Notes under the pieces: model-generated
The model's input: only the letters and a program-made list of their open reading frames with translations
What the model was told of the DNA's origin: nothing
Database searches by the model: none
Program-made: the position numbers and the translations under genes
Shown here: one piece after another, positions 41,692-52,424 of the stretch
Numbering within the stretch: position 1 is the stretch's first letter
How the letters are laid out: every line of letters starts with the position of its first letter
Origin: Nitrospirales bacterium
GTDB taxonomy: Bacteria; Nitrospirota; Nitrospiria; Nitrospirales; UBA8639
NCBI GenBank assembly: GCA_965223295.1
Contig: CBDCWC010000002.1
Span: forward strand, 384,001-448,000
Length of the DNA stretch: 64,000 nucleotides
Direction of reading: 5' to 3'

Positions 41692-42645
41692 TCATGGGTC
41701 AATATTTGAGCCAAAGTGTTGCTTTGAAAAGGTAAGGCGATCTTCTACTGTCTCAAGGTTGAGTCCATATTGTTCAACTAATTGAAGTCGTGTCAAGAGA
41801 CCTGCACGATTGGCTATTTGGATATTGAGCCCTGGTCGTGCATTAAGTTCAAGAATGAGTGGTCCTTTCTCTTTATCCAAGACGAGATCGACGCCTTGAT
41901 AGCCCAAGCCAGTCAATTCATAGGAACGTGCTGCCAGATCTAAAAGTTTTTCCCATTCTGGGACTTGAACGCCTGCTATGGGGCATTCCGTGTCAGGATG
42001 TTCGGTGACAATCTCGTTTAGCCATACTCCACTTAACGTTTTGCCGGAGTTGAGATTTATACCTGCCCCAATGGCTCCTTGATGCAAATTGGCTTTTCCA
42101 TCAGATATTCGGGTTGGAAGCCTGACCATGGCCATGACGGGCACTCCTAAAAAAACAATGATTCGGATATCCGGGACACCTTGAAAACTAATGGCTGCAA
42201 AAACGGGATCAAATTGTACTCGATATTCAATTAAAACTTTGTCTGGGTGTCCTCCCAAGCTGTAGAGGCCGCTGAGGGTATTTGATACATGATGGTCAAG
42301 GTCCTCTTGGTTGATGAGTTGGCCGTTCACTTTTCTGTAGCGGTCATGATGACGCCCTGTGATAACCATAATTCCATCCCCGCCGCTTCCATGTGCTGGT
42401 TTGATGACGAAATCTTCGTATGGTGAGAGTCTGGTACGTAGCTCTCGGACTTGATGCTCAATTTCTATGACTCCGTACAGCGGGGGGACGGCCATTCCGG
42501 CCTCTTGGGCTAGGGTTTTTGTGGTGAGTTTATCATCCACAAGAGGGAAGAGATGGCGTGGATTGTGCCATAAAGTATATTCCGCATTACGACGGTTGAG
42601 GCTCAGGACACCAGCTTGGGCAAGTTTTCTCGCAGTGGCAAACAT
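41692..42645 (-). CDS. Alpha-L-glutamate ligase-like ATP-grasp protein
   Basis: LNRRN, VDDKL, FVIKPAHGSGG.GI, GVPDIRII, GKANLHQGA, LELNARPGLNIQIAN. Confidence 0.9.
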   Translation of the reverse strand: MFATARKLAQAGVLSLNRRNAEYTLWHNPRHLFPLVDDKLTTKTLAQEAGMAVPPLYGVIEIEHQVRELRTRLSPYEDFVIKPAHGSGGDGIMVITGRHHDRYRKVNGQLINQEDLDHHVSNTLSGLYSLGGHPDKVLIEYRVQFDPVFAAISFQGVPDIRIIVFLGVPVMAMVRLPTRISDGKANLHQGAIGAGINLNSGKTLSGVWLNEIVTEHPDTECPIAGVQVPEWEKLLDLAARSYELTGLGYQGVDLVLDKEKGPLILELNARPGLNIQIANRAGLLTRLQLVEQYGLNLETVEDRLTFSKQHFGSNIDP

Positions 42646-42664
42646 GACAAGAGTTACTCACACA

Positions 42665-44191
42665 TTAGGATGGCGTTAAGGCTTTAAAGCGGAGTAATTC
42701 TAAAAGGCGAAATCCCGAATAGCGTCCCAGCAGCAAGGTGCCAGCCAAGAGAACCAGCAAAAGTTCAGGGAAGACAAATAACAAATGCTCGATGTAGGGG
42801 ATGGTCATTGTCAGATAGGTCAGCACGGCGACGAGAAGACTGCCGATGCCTTGTTGCAGTGATTCACTGGCTCCTCGTTCTTCCCAGACAATGCACATTC
42901 GCTCTATGGTCATGGTAATAATGACCATAGGAAATAAGGCGACCGATAGTCCTCGATCAAATCCCAATTGATAACTAAGAATGCTTAAGAACGCCATGAG
43001 GATGACAACTACAATCAAAACGGATGCCAATCGCGGAACCAAGAGGAGTTTGAGTTGCTCCAAATAGAAACGAACGCCTAGCCCAAGGCTCACGATGAGG
43101 CTGAATAAGATGATGCCCCAAAGCAGTTGAGTTTCACGAAAGGCTAAGCCCATAAGGATAGGCATAAACGTTCCAAATGTTTTAATTCCGACAACGTTCC
43201 GTAGTACGAGTAGTAGGAGCGCCCCAAGAGGCACCATAAGTAACACTCGATAGAGGGCTTGGGTCTGAAGAGGGAGGTTAAACAAGGAAAAGTCTAACAG
43301 CTTTGGCATGGCTAATTTGGTGGAAAGTAAGGCTGCTTGGATGGCTTCTTCGTAATTTGGCGACACAGAGACAGTGTATTCAAGCTTTTTGCCGCCGCTC
43401 GCCTCCAGGAATGGATTGGTGCCATGCCACCATTCCACATAGTCTTTGGGAATTTCTGGCGTCCCAGTAATAGGGTCAAAGGAGCGCCACTTTTTTTTAT
43501 CGTATACTTGGAACCAGGATACCCACAGGACGGTGCGTGGTTCGTCAGGGATTCGAATGCCGTGGATCACGCGTGCTGGAAGCCCGGAAGCTTTGAGCAC
43601 TTCCACGACCGTGTTCAATTTGTTTTCCAGCGTGGGGTTTTGACCGATCAATGCGGATATGGTTTCATCAGGCCTTGGCTTATGAATGCGTTTAACTAAT
43701 CCTTGGACAAACGTCTCCGTGTCGGCAGATTTTGAAAGAAGTTCCTTCGCGAGGGCTTGCGCGGCTTTGAGTAGGGGATTTTCAAGTGTGGGTTTGGTCA
43801 ATGGAGAGGTTTTGGGTTCACCAGGCTCATAACCAGAAGCCATGCGACGAATCACGGCACGATAATAGAGTGACTGTTTTCCACTCGATTTGCGAATAGA
43901 CCAAATGGCTCTGCGATTTCCTTCTTCCGGAGTTGTGGTAATTAAGCCATATCCTTGAGAGATAAAATTTTCATCTAAGATGACATATTCGGGTGTATTG
44001 CGTGGAATGTAAATTCCTAATTTAATGGGTTTATCCTGCGCCGTAAAACTTGCATGCACTTCGAGATTCCACAGGAGCGACGAAGTATCGGGAACCAGTG
44101 GAAACTGTAATACGAGAGTTTTGTATGCGAAGAGTCCGAGTCCACTCAGAACTAAAATAAAGGCAAGGATGTAGAGATGGCGCCTATTCAA
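42665..44191 (-). CDS. Inactive transglutaminase fused to 7TM domain (UUP1 family)
   Basis: TGase-like region lacks Cys and His but keeps FDP. C-terminal GIKTFGTFMP, VPRLA, FPMVIITMTIER, GRYSGFRL. Confidence 0.9.
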   Translation of the reverse strand: MNRRHLYILAFILVLSGLGLFAYKTLVLQFPLVPDTSSLLWNLEVHASFTAQDKPIKLGIYIPRNTPEYVILDENFISQGYGLITTTPEEGNRRAIWSIRKSSGKQSLYYRAVIRRMASGYEPGEPKTSPLTKPTLENPLLKAAQALAKELLSKSADTETFVQGLVKRIHKPRPDETISALIGQNPTLENKLNTVVEVLKASGLPARVIHGIRIPDEPRTVLWVSWFQVYDKKKWRSFDPITGTPEIPKDYVEWWHGTNPFLEASGGKKLEYTVSVSPNYEEAIQAALLSTKLAMPKLLDFSLFNLPLQTQALYRVLLMVPLGALLLLVLRNVVGIKTFGTFMPILMGLAFRETQLLWGIILFSLIVSLGLGVRFYLEQLKLLLVPRLASVLIVVVILMAFLSILSYQLGFDRGLSVALFPMVIITMTIERMCIVWEERGASESLQQGIGSLLVAVLTYLTMTIPYIEHLLFVFPELLLVLLAGTLLLGRYSGFRLLELLRFKALTPS

Positions 44192-44197
44192 GAGAGT

Positions 44198-44773
44198 TTA
44201 CTGAAGAGGACAGGAAGGTGATTGAGTAAAAGTCATGGACGCATCGACAATGGCCGTTCCACTGAGAAAGCTGCGGCCGATGAGCATAGGGTATTTAAAT
44301 CTGCTACGGTCAGTGAGGTTGACGGGCACTTCTTGTTTATACGTCGCGCCCACACAGAGATCGAATAAGACGACGGCCCGTTTTTGTGGAGGGACACCAC
44401 CCCTTCGCTTTATGCGGGCGATGCGCAGGACGGGACGTTCAATCCTGATCGCTTCATTTTTTTTAAGTGGAATGGAGAACCGAATCCATTTTTCTTTGCC
44501 TTTTCTAAATTCTTTTTGATTGATCACGTTTAATGACGAATGATCGGCGCCAGTATCAATCTTTGCTGAAAGGGAAAGGTTTTCAGGAAGAATTTGTACT
44601 GTTTCAAGCCATCCGATGATCTGTTTTTCCGCCGGATATGCAGAGGTTGGGTTTGCAACCTGGACACTCCAGAGTAGGGCCAGTACGAAAAAAGTGGTTG
44701 AGATTGATGCTTGGTTGGATTGCTTGCCCAGTATGTTCCAAAAAAGTGCAGAGTTAAGCCATACCATAGTCAC
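44198..44773 (-). CDS. Exported retropepsin-like protease ('ATP-dependent zinc protease' family)
   Basis: Signal-like N-terminus; IIGWLE, AKIDTGA, NLTDRSRFKYPMLIGR. Confidence 0.85.
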   Translation of the reverse strand: MTMVWLNSALFWNILGKQSNQASISTTFFVLALLWSVQVANPTSAYPAEKQIIGWLETVQILPENLSLSAKIDTGADHSSLNVINQKEFRKGKEKWIRFSIPLKKNEAIRIERPVLRIARIKRRGGVPPQKRAVVLFDLCVGATYKQEVPVNLTDRSRFKYPMLIGRSFLSGTAIVDASMTFTQSPSCPLQ

Positions 44774-45209
44774 ATGTTTCTTTCTTTAGTTGATTGTGGA
44801 ACCTTGCGCATCGGTAAGATACAAAGGGTGATCTTTTCCATATCAAATAATAGCAGTTTTGTTCAACCATCCTCATAAAAATCTTTGGCTTTTAGGCAAT
44901 GGCCTTCATATTAGAGTGGCAGATAACATGTACTCACCTCAGAGATTTCTTTCTAACCCCTCATGTATTGGCATAGTGGAAAGGATTCTGGATATTCTAT
45001 ATGTGTTCGTACTTCTTTGAGTGGCAAGGTTGAACCGATGCAACTACATACAAGGTTGATAAGAGTAGAGGATCATACCAATTTTTTGACTCAAGAGGTA
45101 CAAGATTCTCATCATGAGGTCAGGTTTTCTTCTCATCTGCTAGTACTAAGGTTAGAATCTTAACAGGCTGGGCTTATTTCAGCATAAGAATAAGAAAATT
45201 CAAAAGTTT

Positions 45210-46013
45210 ATGGAAGCCAACGAAGCCTCGCACCGCTCTCTTATGGATATTCGTCATGCGTCGGTCTATCGAGGCGTTGAGTTGGTTCTTCACAATATCT
45301 CTTTAGAGATTAGCCAAGGAGGCTCGACCGTCATTCTAGGTCCGAACGGCTCTGGGAAATCAACCTTGATGAAGCTTTTTTCACGGGAGTTGTATCCGGT
45401 TCTTCCGGAAAGTGGCTCTTTTCGCCTGTTTGGTCATGAGAATTGGAATGTGTGGGATCTTCGATGTCAGCTTGGTGTCGTCTCTGCGGATTTGCACTAT
45501 GACTATTGGGGCATGACTCCTGGGCGAGATGTCGTGCTGTCTGGGTTTTTCTCCAGTGTGGATTTGTATGATCAGCAGGCGGTGAGTCATTTTCAGCGGG
45601 CACAGAGTTATGTCATGATGGAACGATTGGGGGTGGATTTGCTTGCCGATCAACCATTTGCTCAGATGTCTACTGGTGAGCAACGCCGTATGCTGCTCGC
45701 ACGTGCGTTGGTACATGACCCTTCAACGCTTCTTTTAGATGAACCAACGACAGGGTTGGATGTGTCGGCCTGTTTTCAGTATTTAGACGTTCTTCGAGGG
45801 TTTATCCGTGAGGGAAAAACGGTAATTTTGGTGACACATCATATTCATGAGATCCCCCCGGAAATTGAACGAGTGGTTCTATTACAAGATGGTCGCATCC
45901 GAGATGATGGACCCAAATGCGATGTTTTAAATGAACAGAGTCTTTCCGCCCTGTTTGGAGTGCCGCTTGAATTGCTTCATCGTCATGGCTGGTTTCAAGC
46001 CGTTCCGGCCTAG
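45210..46013 (+). CDS. Orphan ABC ATP-binding protein (ModF/YlmA-like)
   Basis: Walker A GPNGSGKS, signature MSTGEQ, Walker B LLLDEP, VTHH. Confidence 0.88.
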   Translation: MEANEASHRSLMDIRHASVYRGVELVLHNISLEISQGGSTVILGPNGSGKSTLMKLFSRELYPVLPESGSFRLFGHENWNVWDLRCQLGVVSADLHYDYWGMTPGRDVVLSGFFSSVDLYDQQAVSHFQRAQSYVMMERLGVDLLADQPFAQMSTGEQRRMLLARALVHDPSTLLLDEPTTGLDVSACFQYLDVLRGFIREGKTVILVTHHIHEIPPEIERVVLLQDGRIRDDGPKCDVLNEQSLSALFGVPLELLHRHGWFQAVPA

Positions 46014-46057
46014 CCTGTCCTAGAAGAAGACGCTACACGCTTTAAACAAATATCATC

Positions 46058-47170
46058 ATGCTTGACGGGTTCCTATTATTTTGTGTGTTCGATGTGTGGC
46101 GTGTGCTTTTACCATTAGGGTTGTCTGTTCTTTGTTTCGGAACATTCTTGTTTCAATCCATGGTGCGAGACTCGCAGAAGACTGGGCTTCATCAGTTTCT
46201 TTGTCTCTTAAACTATGGCGTGGTAGCGGTTTTAGTTGTGATATCGACGGTAGTGGGGATTCTTGTTCCCTGGCTACTGGGCTATGCCCTTCCTGAAAGA
46301 CATCTTGCTGATGGTCCATGGAGTTATGAAGAGATGTGCGGCTATCTATTAGGTCTTGGTGTCCTATGGTTACTTCGGCATCAAGTTCGTCAACGGCAGC
46401 TTCCGAGTGGTCTGCTCATGGCATGTGTTATGAGTCTCTTCATGGTGGTCAGTTTTCTGTGGATTGGCCGATGGGATGAAATGGCACATGGAGGTCAAGT
46501 ATCGGGTGAATGGTGGCTAGGAAGGTTGCCAGTGTGGGAGTGGTCTCGGCTTATTCCTAAGAGTTTTCATCTCTTTTTTTCAGCGATGGTGACTGGAGGA
46601 ATGCTTGTCACAGCAATGGGCCTACTTGGCACACTAACCTCAGGGTCCAACCAGCGAGGGAATGCATTGAATTTCATGAGCCGTTCGTCTGACCTGATTC
46701 GCTATGGGGTGGGGTGGATACTATCTGGGCTGGTCCCGCAAATGTTAATTGGGCCGTGGTTATTTCTTCTCTTACAGGATCACCCTCAAGTGGTGTTGAT
46801 TGAAGGAGTAACCTTGACGTCTCTCATCTTTTTTGTGAGTCTGACAGCAGCCTTATTGGCTTTGGTCTTCTTAAATGCCTCGTTCATGGCGCCATATATG
46901 AAGGGATTGGTTTGGGCTGGATTAGGCAATGTGGCCATCACACTCATTTTGATGGGGATCATTCGTTATGAAATATTTTCCGCCACGTTGTTTGCTCATA
47001 ACATTCCCTCTGCTACGGGCGTGTTGTTGGGATGGCATGTCCTGTCGGTGTTTGTGTTCGTCTTGTTATTAGGTGTTATCGTGTATCGTTGGTGTGTATG
47101 GCCTGCCAACTTGATTTTTGCTGTGAATTGGCCGACAGCACGACTAGACAACAACGGAAGAGGCCACTAA
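46058..47170 (+). CDS. Polytopic membrane protein of unknown function
   Basis: 370 aa with many hydrophobic segments. Stop lies 3 nt before metF. Confidence 0.7.
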   Translation: MLDGFLLFCVFDVWRVLLPLGLSVLCFGTFLFQSMVRDSQKTGLHQFLCLLNYGVVAVLVVISTVVGILVPWLLGYALPERHLADGPWSYEEMCGYLLGLGVLWLLRHQVRQRQLPSGLLMACVMSLFMVVSFLWIGRWDEMAHGGQVSGEWWLGRLPVWEWSRLIPKSFHLFFSAMVTGGMLVTAMGLLGTLTSGSNQRGNALNFMSRSSDLIRYGVGWILSGLVPQMLIGPWLFLLLQDHPQVVLIEGVTLTSLIFFVSLTAALLALVFLNASFMAPYMKGLVWAGLGNVAITLILMGIIRYEIFSATLFAHNIPSATGVLLGWHVLSVFVFVLLLGVIVYRWCVWPANLIFAVNWPTARLDNNGRGH

Positions 47171-47173
47171 GGT

Positions 47174-48079
47174 ATGGATATGCATATATCGGAAGTGTTG
47201 CGGCAGCATCACCCTGCTATCAGTTTCGAATTTTTTCCTCCGAAGACCCAACGAGCGTCGGATGAGCTTTTTACGTCTATTTCGGCGTTAATGCCGTTAA
47301 AACCGGCCTATGTCAGCGTGACCTATGGGGCAGGAGGGACCACTCGCGAACGGACTCATGACCTTGTGGTCAAGTTGCAACGAGAGACCGACTTAACCAT
47401 TGTGTCTCATTTAACCTGTGTGGGGTCGGTGCAGGAAGAAATTCATCAAATATTAGCCAAGTATCAAACCAATGGCATTCATAATATTATGGCGTTACGT
47501 GGAGATCCACCTCAAGGTTCGACCCAGGTTGAGATCCCCAAAGATGGGTTTCCATTTGCTTCTGATTTAGTGGCCTTTATTAAGCAGAAGTTTCCGACAA
47601 TGGGCGTTGGGGTCGCGGGGTTTCCGGAAGGCCATCCTGGTACCCCCAATCGTTTGATGGAAATGGATCACCTCAAGCGTAAGGTTGATGCGGGAGCTGA
47701 TTATATTTGCACGCAATTGTTTTTTGACAATCGGGATTTTTATGATTTTTGTGAGCGCTGCGAAGTTGTGGGGATCAAGGTTCCAATCATAGCGGGGATT
47801 ATGCCAATTGGCTCTCGAAAAGGCATGGCGCGTATGTCGGAATTAGCCTTGGGGGCTCGATTCCCGGCTAAACTTTTACGAGCTATGGATCGGGCAGAAA
47901 ACGATGGGGCTGCGGAACATGTTGGGATTCATTGGGCGACCGAACAGGTGAGAGATTTGATTGATAACAAGGTCCAAGGCATCCATTTTTATACGTTGAA
48001 TAAATCCAAAGCTACCCTCAAAATTTATGAGTCGCTTGGTGTCCAAAGTTCGGAAGGACTGCAGCAAGCTGGTGGTTGA
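47174..48079 (+). CDS. metF: Methylenetetrahydrofolate reductase
   Basis: SFEFFPPK, VSVTYGAGG, HLTC, ALRGDPP, TQLFFDN, HFYTLN. Confidence 0.97.
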   Translation: MDMHISEVLRQHHPAISFEFFPPKTQRASDELFTSISALMPLKPAYVSVTYGAGGTTRERTHDLVVKLQRETDLTIVSHLTCVGSVQEEIHQILAKYQTNGIHNIMALRGDPPQGSTQVEIPKDGFPFASDLVAFIKQKFPTMGVGVAGFPEGHPGTPNRLMEMDHLKRKVDAGADYICTQLFFDNRDFYDFCERCEVVGIKVPIIAGIMPIGSRKGMARMSELALGARFPAKLLRAMDRAENDGAAEHVGIHWATEQVRDLIDNKVQGIHFYTLNKSKATLKIYESLGVQSSEGLQQAGG

Positions 48080-48274
48080 TTGTCCATGATTCATCCAGTC
48101 TTTCTTCCTGTCCCATTCCCATTTAGCGTTTGAAACCATTCAATTTTTAGAGCCGAACCTATGAAATTGTGGTTCTATATCTTGTGGCATTCATAGACCT
48201 GACAAGAAGGAATGATTGTTGTTTTCTTCCACAATAGTTCTTGGGTATGATACGGATTCGTAAGGAGGATTTAG

Positions 48275-48931
48275 ATGAGTCATAATACTGGATTTCAAGG
48301 CACTTTAAATTTAGAAGGCCGTTCATGTTTAGTCATAGGTGGGGATGAAGAGGCGGTTGAGAAAGTGACACGTCTTTTAGAGGCCGGGGCGAAAGTCACG
48401 ATCGTACATCCTACTCTGCATGCAGAATTGCGAAAGCTCACGGCTTCTGGAAAGATTATCCACCGTGGACGAAGTTTTCGTTCCACCGATGCTCAAGATG
48501 TGGTGTTGATCCTCAATGTGCTGAAAGACGACGTGGCTTTGGCGAAATCACTCTATGAATTAGCCAAAACCGAAAAGTTTTTAGTCTGGTCAATGGACCA
48601 ATCAGAGTATTCCACTCTTTTGATGCCTGCTTTGGTGAAGAGAGGTCCTTTGCGTATGGCCATTAGTACCAGTGGAACGGCCCCGGCTTTAGCCCGGACG
48701 CTTAGAGAAAGCTTGGAATCGGTGTTTGATGAAGAGTTTGACCAATTTCTCGATTGGCTCGGGGCCTTGAGAGAAGAGTTACAGAAAACTGAGTCTAGCG
48801 ATAAGCGGCGAAGGGAACGTTTGTTGGAAGCTGTCAATGGCTTCGCCTTGGATGCCACCTTACAGTATCCTAAGTCATGGAAGTTGTCTGAGGAGCCAGA
48901 ATTGAAGCCGGTGGGAAAGGAAGGTGTCTGA
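48275..48931 (+). CDS. Precorrin-2 dehydrogenase/sirohydrochlorin ferrochelatase-like (SirC/CysG N-terminal)
   Basis: LNLEGRSCLVIGG, LLEAGAKVTIV, PALVKRGPLRMAISTSGTAPALAR. SD AAGGAGG. Confidence 0.85.
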   Translation: MSHNTGFQGTLNLEGRSCLVIGGDEEAVEKVTRLLEAGAKVTIVHPTLHAELRKLTASGKIIHRGRSFRSTDAQDVVLILNVLKDDVALAKSLYELAKTEKFLVWSMDQSEYSTLLMPALVKRGPLRMAISTSGTAPALARTLRESLESVFDEEFDQFLDWLGALREELQKTESSDKRRRERLLEAVNGFALDATLQYPKSWKLSEEPELKPVGKEGV

Positions 48932-49245
48932 TGGTTTTGTTGGAATTTAGCATGTCCCCGCTCGGCAAGGGTGAGAGTGTCGGGAAGTATGTTTCACGTT
49001 CACTGGACATTATTGATAACAGTGGAGTTGATTATCGTTTAAATCCTATGGGCACGGTGTTAGAAGGGGAATGGGAAGACGTGATTGGTGTGGTGACGCA
49101 ATGCTACGAACGAATGAAGAAAGATTGCCCTCGCATTTCTTGTGTTATGAAGGTTGATTATCGAGAGGGGCACAAAGGGCGTTTGACTGGAAAAATAGCG
49201 ACTGTAGAAAAACACTTACAACGAAAATTGAAAACCTCCTCATAA
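48931..49245 (+). CDS. MTH1187 family thiamine-binding protein
   Basis: EFSMSPLGKGESVGKYV, YRLNPMGTVLEGEW, KVDYREG. Confidence 0.9.
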   Translation: MVLLEFSMSPLGKGESVGKYVSRSLDIIDNSGVDYRLNPMGTVLEGEWEDVIGVVTQCYERMKKDCPRISCVMKVDYREGHKGRLTGKIATVEKHLQRKLKTSS

Positions 49246-49280
49246 CTGGTTCAAGCTCTGTAGAGAATATTTCCCCAAAG

Positions 49281-50453
49281 CTAGTCCGCTTGCATATAGG
49301 TTCGATTGGCTTTCCCTCCGATCCCACAGAGGATTTCATACGGAATTGTATTGAGCCAACCGGCATAGTCTTGTGCGGTAATTTCTTGTTCTCCTTGTTT
49401 CCCTAAGAGCACCACTTCTTCCCCCATCGTGGGGTTGGGAATATCTGTCACATCCACCATCATCATATCCATGCAAATTTTGCCAATGATTGGTGCCGCA
49501 ACTCCCTGAATCAGAACATGGCCAATCCCGGTGAGATGACGGGGAAAACCATGTGTATATCCGACGGGCAACACGGCGATATGTGACAATCTTCTTGTGC
49601 GAAAGAGAGCGTTATAGCCGACGACTTCGCCTGGTTCCAAAGAACGAAGGTGGGCAATATATGTGGTAGCTCGCATTACTGGCTGAAGTTCAATAGGCGG
49701 AGGCGCATTCGTGGGGCCAGGGGCGTAGCCGTACAGCATAATTCCAGGTCTAACCATTCCAAAGTGGGACGCTGGATGAAAAAGAATGCCCGCGCTATTG
49801 GCCATATGATGAATGGGAATGCGGCTTCTCTTTTTGGAGGCTTCTTCAAGAAAGGCCTGAAATTGATAGATTTGTTGATTCGTCAGGTTTGGGTCAGGGT
49901 TGTCGGCATCAGCAAAATGCGTTAACAGGCCTTGGATGCTCACTGGAGAAGAGGCTGTTGCTTCTAGAACGCGTATTAATGAGAGTGCTTCTTTGCTATC
50001 GAGTCCTAATCGATGTAAGCCCGTATCAATTTTGAGGTGTATGGGAAATGCTGATGTGTTGGAGGGAAGCTGTGAAAGTAGTTGCTCATAAATATCTGGA
50101 TGGGAGATGACCGGAGTTAAGTCGTAGGTAATCACATCTTTAAGATGATCTTGTAAGAGTGGGCCCATGATAAGAATAGGGGAATGTATGTCATGATTTC
50201 GTAGGAGAATACCTTCAGCGACTGAGGCGACGCCGAATCCAAAAATATCTAAAGGCGCTAAGGTCTGAGCGACGTGGACTGCCCCGTGACCATAGGCGTC
50301 AGCTTTGATGATGGGAAGAATCTTTGTTGTAGGGTGGATAAATTGCCGTATACGTTGGAAATTCGCTTTGAGGTTTCCAAGACAAATACGAACTGTGAGG
50401 GGCATACGAGGCACTGTATTAGGTGGGGATGGGAAAGAAGTTGTGTCAGTCAC
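49281..50453 (-). CDS. alr: Alanine racemase
   Basis: IKADAYGHG (PLP Lys), KIDTGLHRLG, ANSAG, VRPGIMLYG, GKICMD, TIPYE. Confidence 0.96.
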   Translation of the reverse strand: MTDTTSFPSPPNTVPRMPLTVRICLGNLKANFQRIRQFIHPTTKILPIIKADAYGHGAVHVAQTLAPLDIFGFGVASVAEGILLRNHDIHSPILIMGPLLQDHLKDVITYDLTPVISHPDIYEQLLSQLPSNTSAFPIHLKIDTGLHRLGLDSKEALSLIRVLEATASSPVSIQGLLTHFADADNPDPNLTNQQIYQFQAFLEEASKKRSRIPIHHMANSAGILFHPASHFGMVRPGIMLYGYAPGPTNAPPPIELQPVMRATTYIAHLRSLEPGEVVGYNALFRTRRLSHIAVLPVGYTHGFPRHLTGIGHVLIQGVAAPIIGKICMDMMMVDVTDIPNPTMGEEVVLLGKQGEQEITAQDYAGWLNTIPYEILCGIGGKANRTYMQAD

Positions 50454-50462
50454 AAGGACGCC

Positions 50463-51020
50463 TCAGACCGTAAGTATTTCCTCCTCTTTTTTCTTAATCA
50501 GGTCATCGATGATGTGAATAAACTTATCCGTTAATTTTTGGTTTTCGTTTTCCAAATGCCGGAGCTCATCTTCGGTGATATCACTTTCCTTTTGCCGTCG
50601 CTTCAATTCATCATTGCCGTCTCGACGAAAGCCTCGAATTTGGATCTTGGTTTCTTCGCCGTACTTTTTGCTGAGTTTCACTAGATCTTTTCGCCGTTCT
50701 TCGCTAAGTGGTGGAATGGGAAGCCGAATAAGTTTTCCGTCATTTGAAGGGGTGAGACCCAGGTCTGAGCTGACGATAGCGCGCTCAATTTCTTTAATGT
50801 GCGAAGCATCCCAGGGTTGAATGGTAATGAGCCGACTTTCAGGAATGCCTAAGTTCGCCACTTGTTTGAGGGGAGTCGGTGTTCCGTAATAATCAATTTT
50901 GATATGGTCCAGGAGACCTAATGAAGCCCGACCAGTTCGAAGAGCGGTGAATTCACGCTTAATATGTTCAATAGCCCCTTCCATGAGTTGCTTGACTTTT
51001 GAGATGGTTGGATCGCTCAT
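50463..51020 (-). CDS. frr: Ribosome recycling factor
   Basis: LRTGRA, DYYGTPTPL, IQPWD, PPLSEERRK. Confidence 0.98.
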   Translation of the reverse strand: MSDPTISKVKQLMEGAIEHIKREFTALRTGRASLGLLDHIKIDYYGTPTPLKQVANLGIPESRLITIQPWDASHIKEIERAIVSSDLGLTPSNDGKLIRLPIPPLSEERRKDLVKLSKKYGEETKIQIRGFRRDGNDELKRRQKESDITEDELRHLENENQKLTDKFIHIIDDLIKKKEEEILTV

Positions 51021-51031
51021 GATCGTTCTTT

Positions 51032-51763
51032 CTATTCGTTAGTGCTCGTATTTCTTGAAACGATAGTACCTATAGGCTCGCCTTCAAGAATTTTCCTGAT
51101 ATTCCCAGATGAAGTAAGATCAAACACGATAATAGGGAGATCGTTATCCATGCAAAGGGTGATCGCAGTAGCATCCATGACTTTTAAACTTTTATTCAGT
51201 ACGGATAAGAACGGCAATTCCGTAAATCGTTTAGCGGATGGGGTCGTCATTGGATCGGCATCGTAGATTCCATCAACCTTCGTGCCTTTCAGAATGACAT
51301 TCGCACCAATTTCCATGGCCCGGAGAGCCGCAGCGGTATCGGTTGTAAAATACGGATTCCCAGTCCCAGCGGCAAAAATCACAACTCGTTTTTTTTCAAG
51401 ATGGCGTATGGCACGTCGACGAATATAGCCCTCTGCTAACTGGCGCATTTCTATTGCAGAGAGCACACGTGTGGGGATGTCTCGCTTTTCGAGCGCATTT
51501 TGAAGGGCCAGGGCGTTTAACATTGTCGCCAGCATACCCATATAGTCTGCCGAAGCACGTTCCATGCCTGAGGCACTGGCCGCGAGTCCCCGGAAGATGT
51601 TTCCTCCCCCAATAACAATGGCTATTTCACTGTCCATTGTTAGGACATCGGCAATTTCATTGGCTAGATCTTGTAGAACGGAAGGTTGGATGCCGTACCC
51701 TTGCTCGCCGGCTAACATTTCTCCACTTATTTTTAAGAGAACACGGCGGTATTTGGGGGGCAT
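51032..51763 (-). CDS. pyrH: UMP kinase
   Basis: [33 protein letters not shown]. Confidence 0.98.
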   Translation of the reverse strand: MPPKYRRVLLKISGEMLAGEQGYGIQPSVLQDLANEIADVLTMDSEIAIVIGGGNIFRGLAASASGMERASADYMGMLATMLNALALQNALEKRDIPTRVLSAIEMRQLAEGYIRRRAIRHLEKKRVVIFAAGTGNPYFTTDTAAALRAMEIGANVILKGTKVDGIYDADPMTTPSAKRFTELPFLSVLNKSLKVMDATAITLCMDNDLPIIVFDLTSSGNIRKILEGEPIGTIVSRNTSTNE

Positions 51764-52359
51764 TAGTCTTGGCCAAGTTGATAACGCGTGAATCGAGCAA
51801 TCGAGATATTTTCGCCTAATTTTGCAATTTTTTGCGCGACTAAGTCTGAAATCTTCACTTTCGGGTCCTTAATGAACGCTTGTTCTAAAAGGCATTGCTC
51901 TTGATAGTATTTTTCCAACTTCCCGTTCACAATCTTCTCCCAGGCAGCTTCAGGTTTTCCGGATTCCTTGACTTGAGCCAGGTATATATTCTTTTCCCGC
52001 TCAATCATGGCTTCTGGGATATCTTCCCGTTTCACAAACAAAGGTTGTGCAGCTGCGATTTGCATGGACAATTCCTTGACAAAGGCTTGAAATTCTTCAT
52101 TCCGCGCCACGAAGTCTGTTTCACAGTTCACTTCTATCAGAACGCCGATTTTGGACCCGGCATGGATATACGATGAGATGAGGCCTTCCTTCGTTTCACG
52201 TCCAGCCTTCTTTTGCGCAGCGGCTAATCCTTTTTGACGTAATAAATCAATCGCTTTTTCAATGTCGCTTCCAGTGTCTTGTAAAGCTTTTTGGCAATCA
52301 AGAATTCCTGCCCCGGTTTTACCTCGCAACTCTTTCACCAAGGCGCTCAAGCTAGACAT
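51763..52359 (-). CDS. tsf: Elongation factor Ts (short form)
   Basis: [37 protein letters not shown] fits the ATG at 52359. Confidence 0.98.
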   Translation of the reverse strand: MSSLSALVKELRGKTGAGILDCQKALQDTGSDIEKAIDLLRQKGLAAAQKKAGRETKEGLISSYIHAGSKIGVLIEVNCETDFVARNEEFQAFVKELSMQIAAAQPLFVKREDIPEAMIEREKNIYLAQVKESGKPEAAWEKIVNGKLEKYYQEQCLLEQAFIKDPKVKISDLVAQKIAKLGENISIARFTRYQLGQD

Positions 52360-52424
52360 ACGCATTCTCTCCTACTTAAGAAATGTAAATGAATGTATAA
52401 CTTAATGATATGAATGGACAGCCT

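Noticed and set aside
51763-52359. Short EF-Ts as a truncation
   Set aside because: A ~200-aa EF-Ts is a known natural form in several phyla and this ORF is complete.
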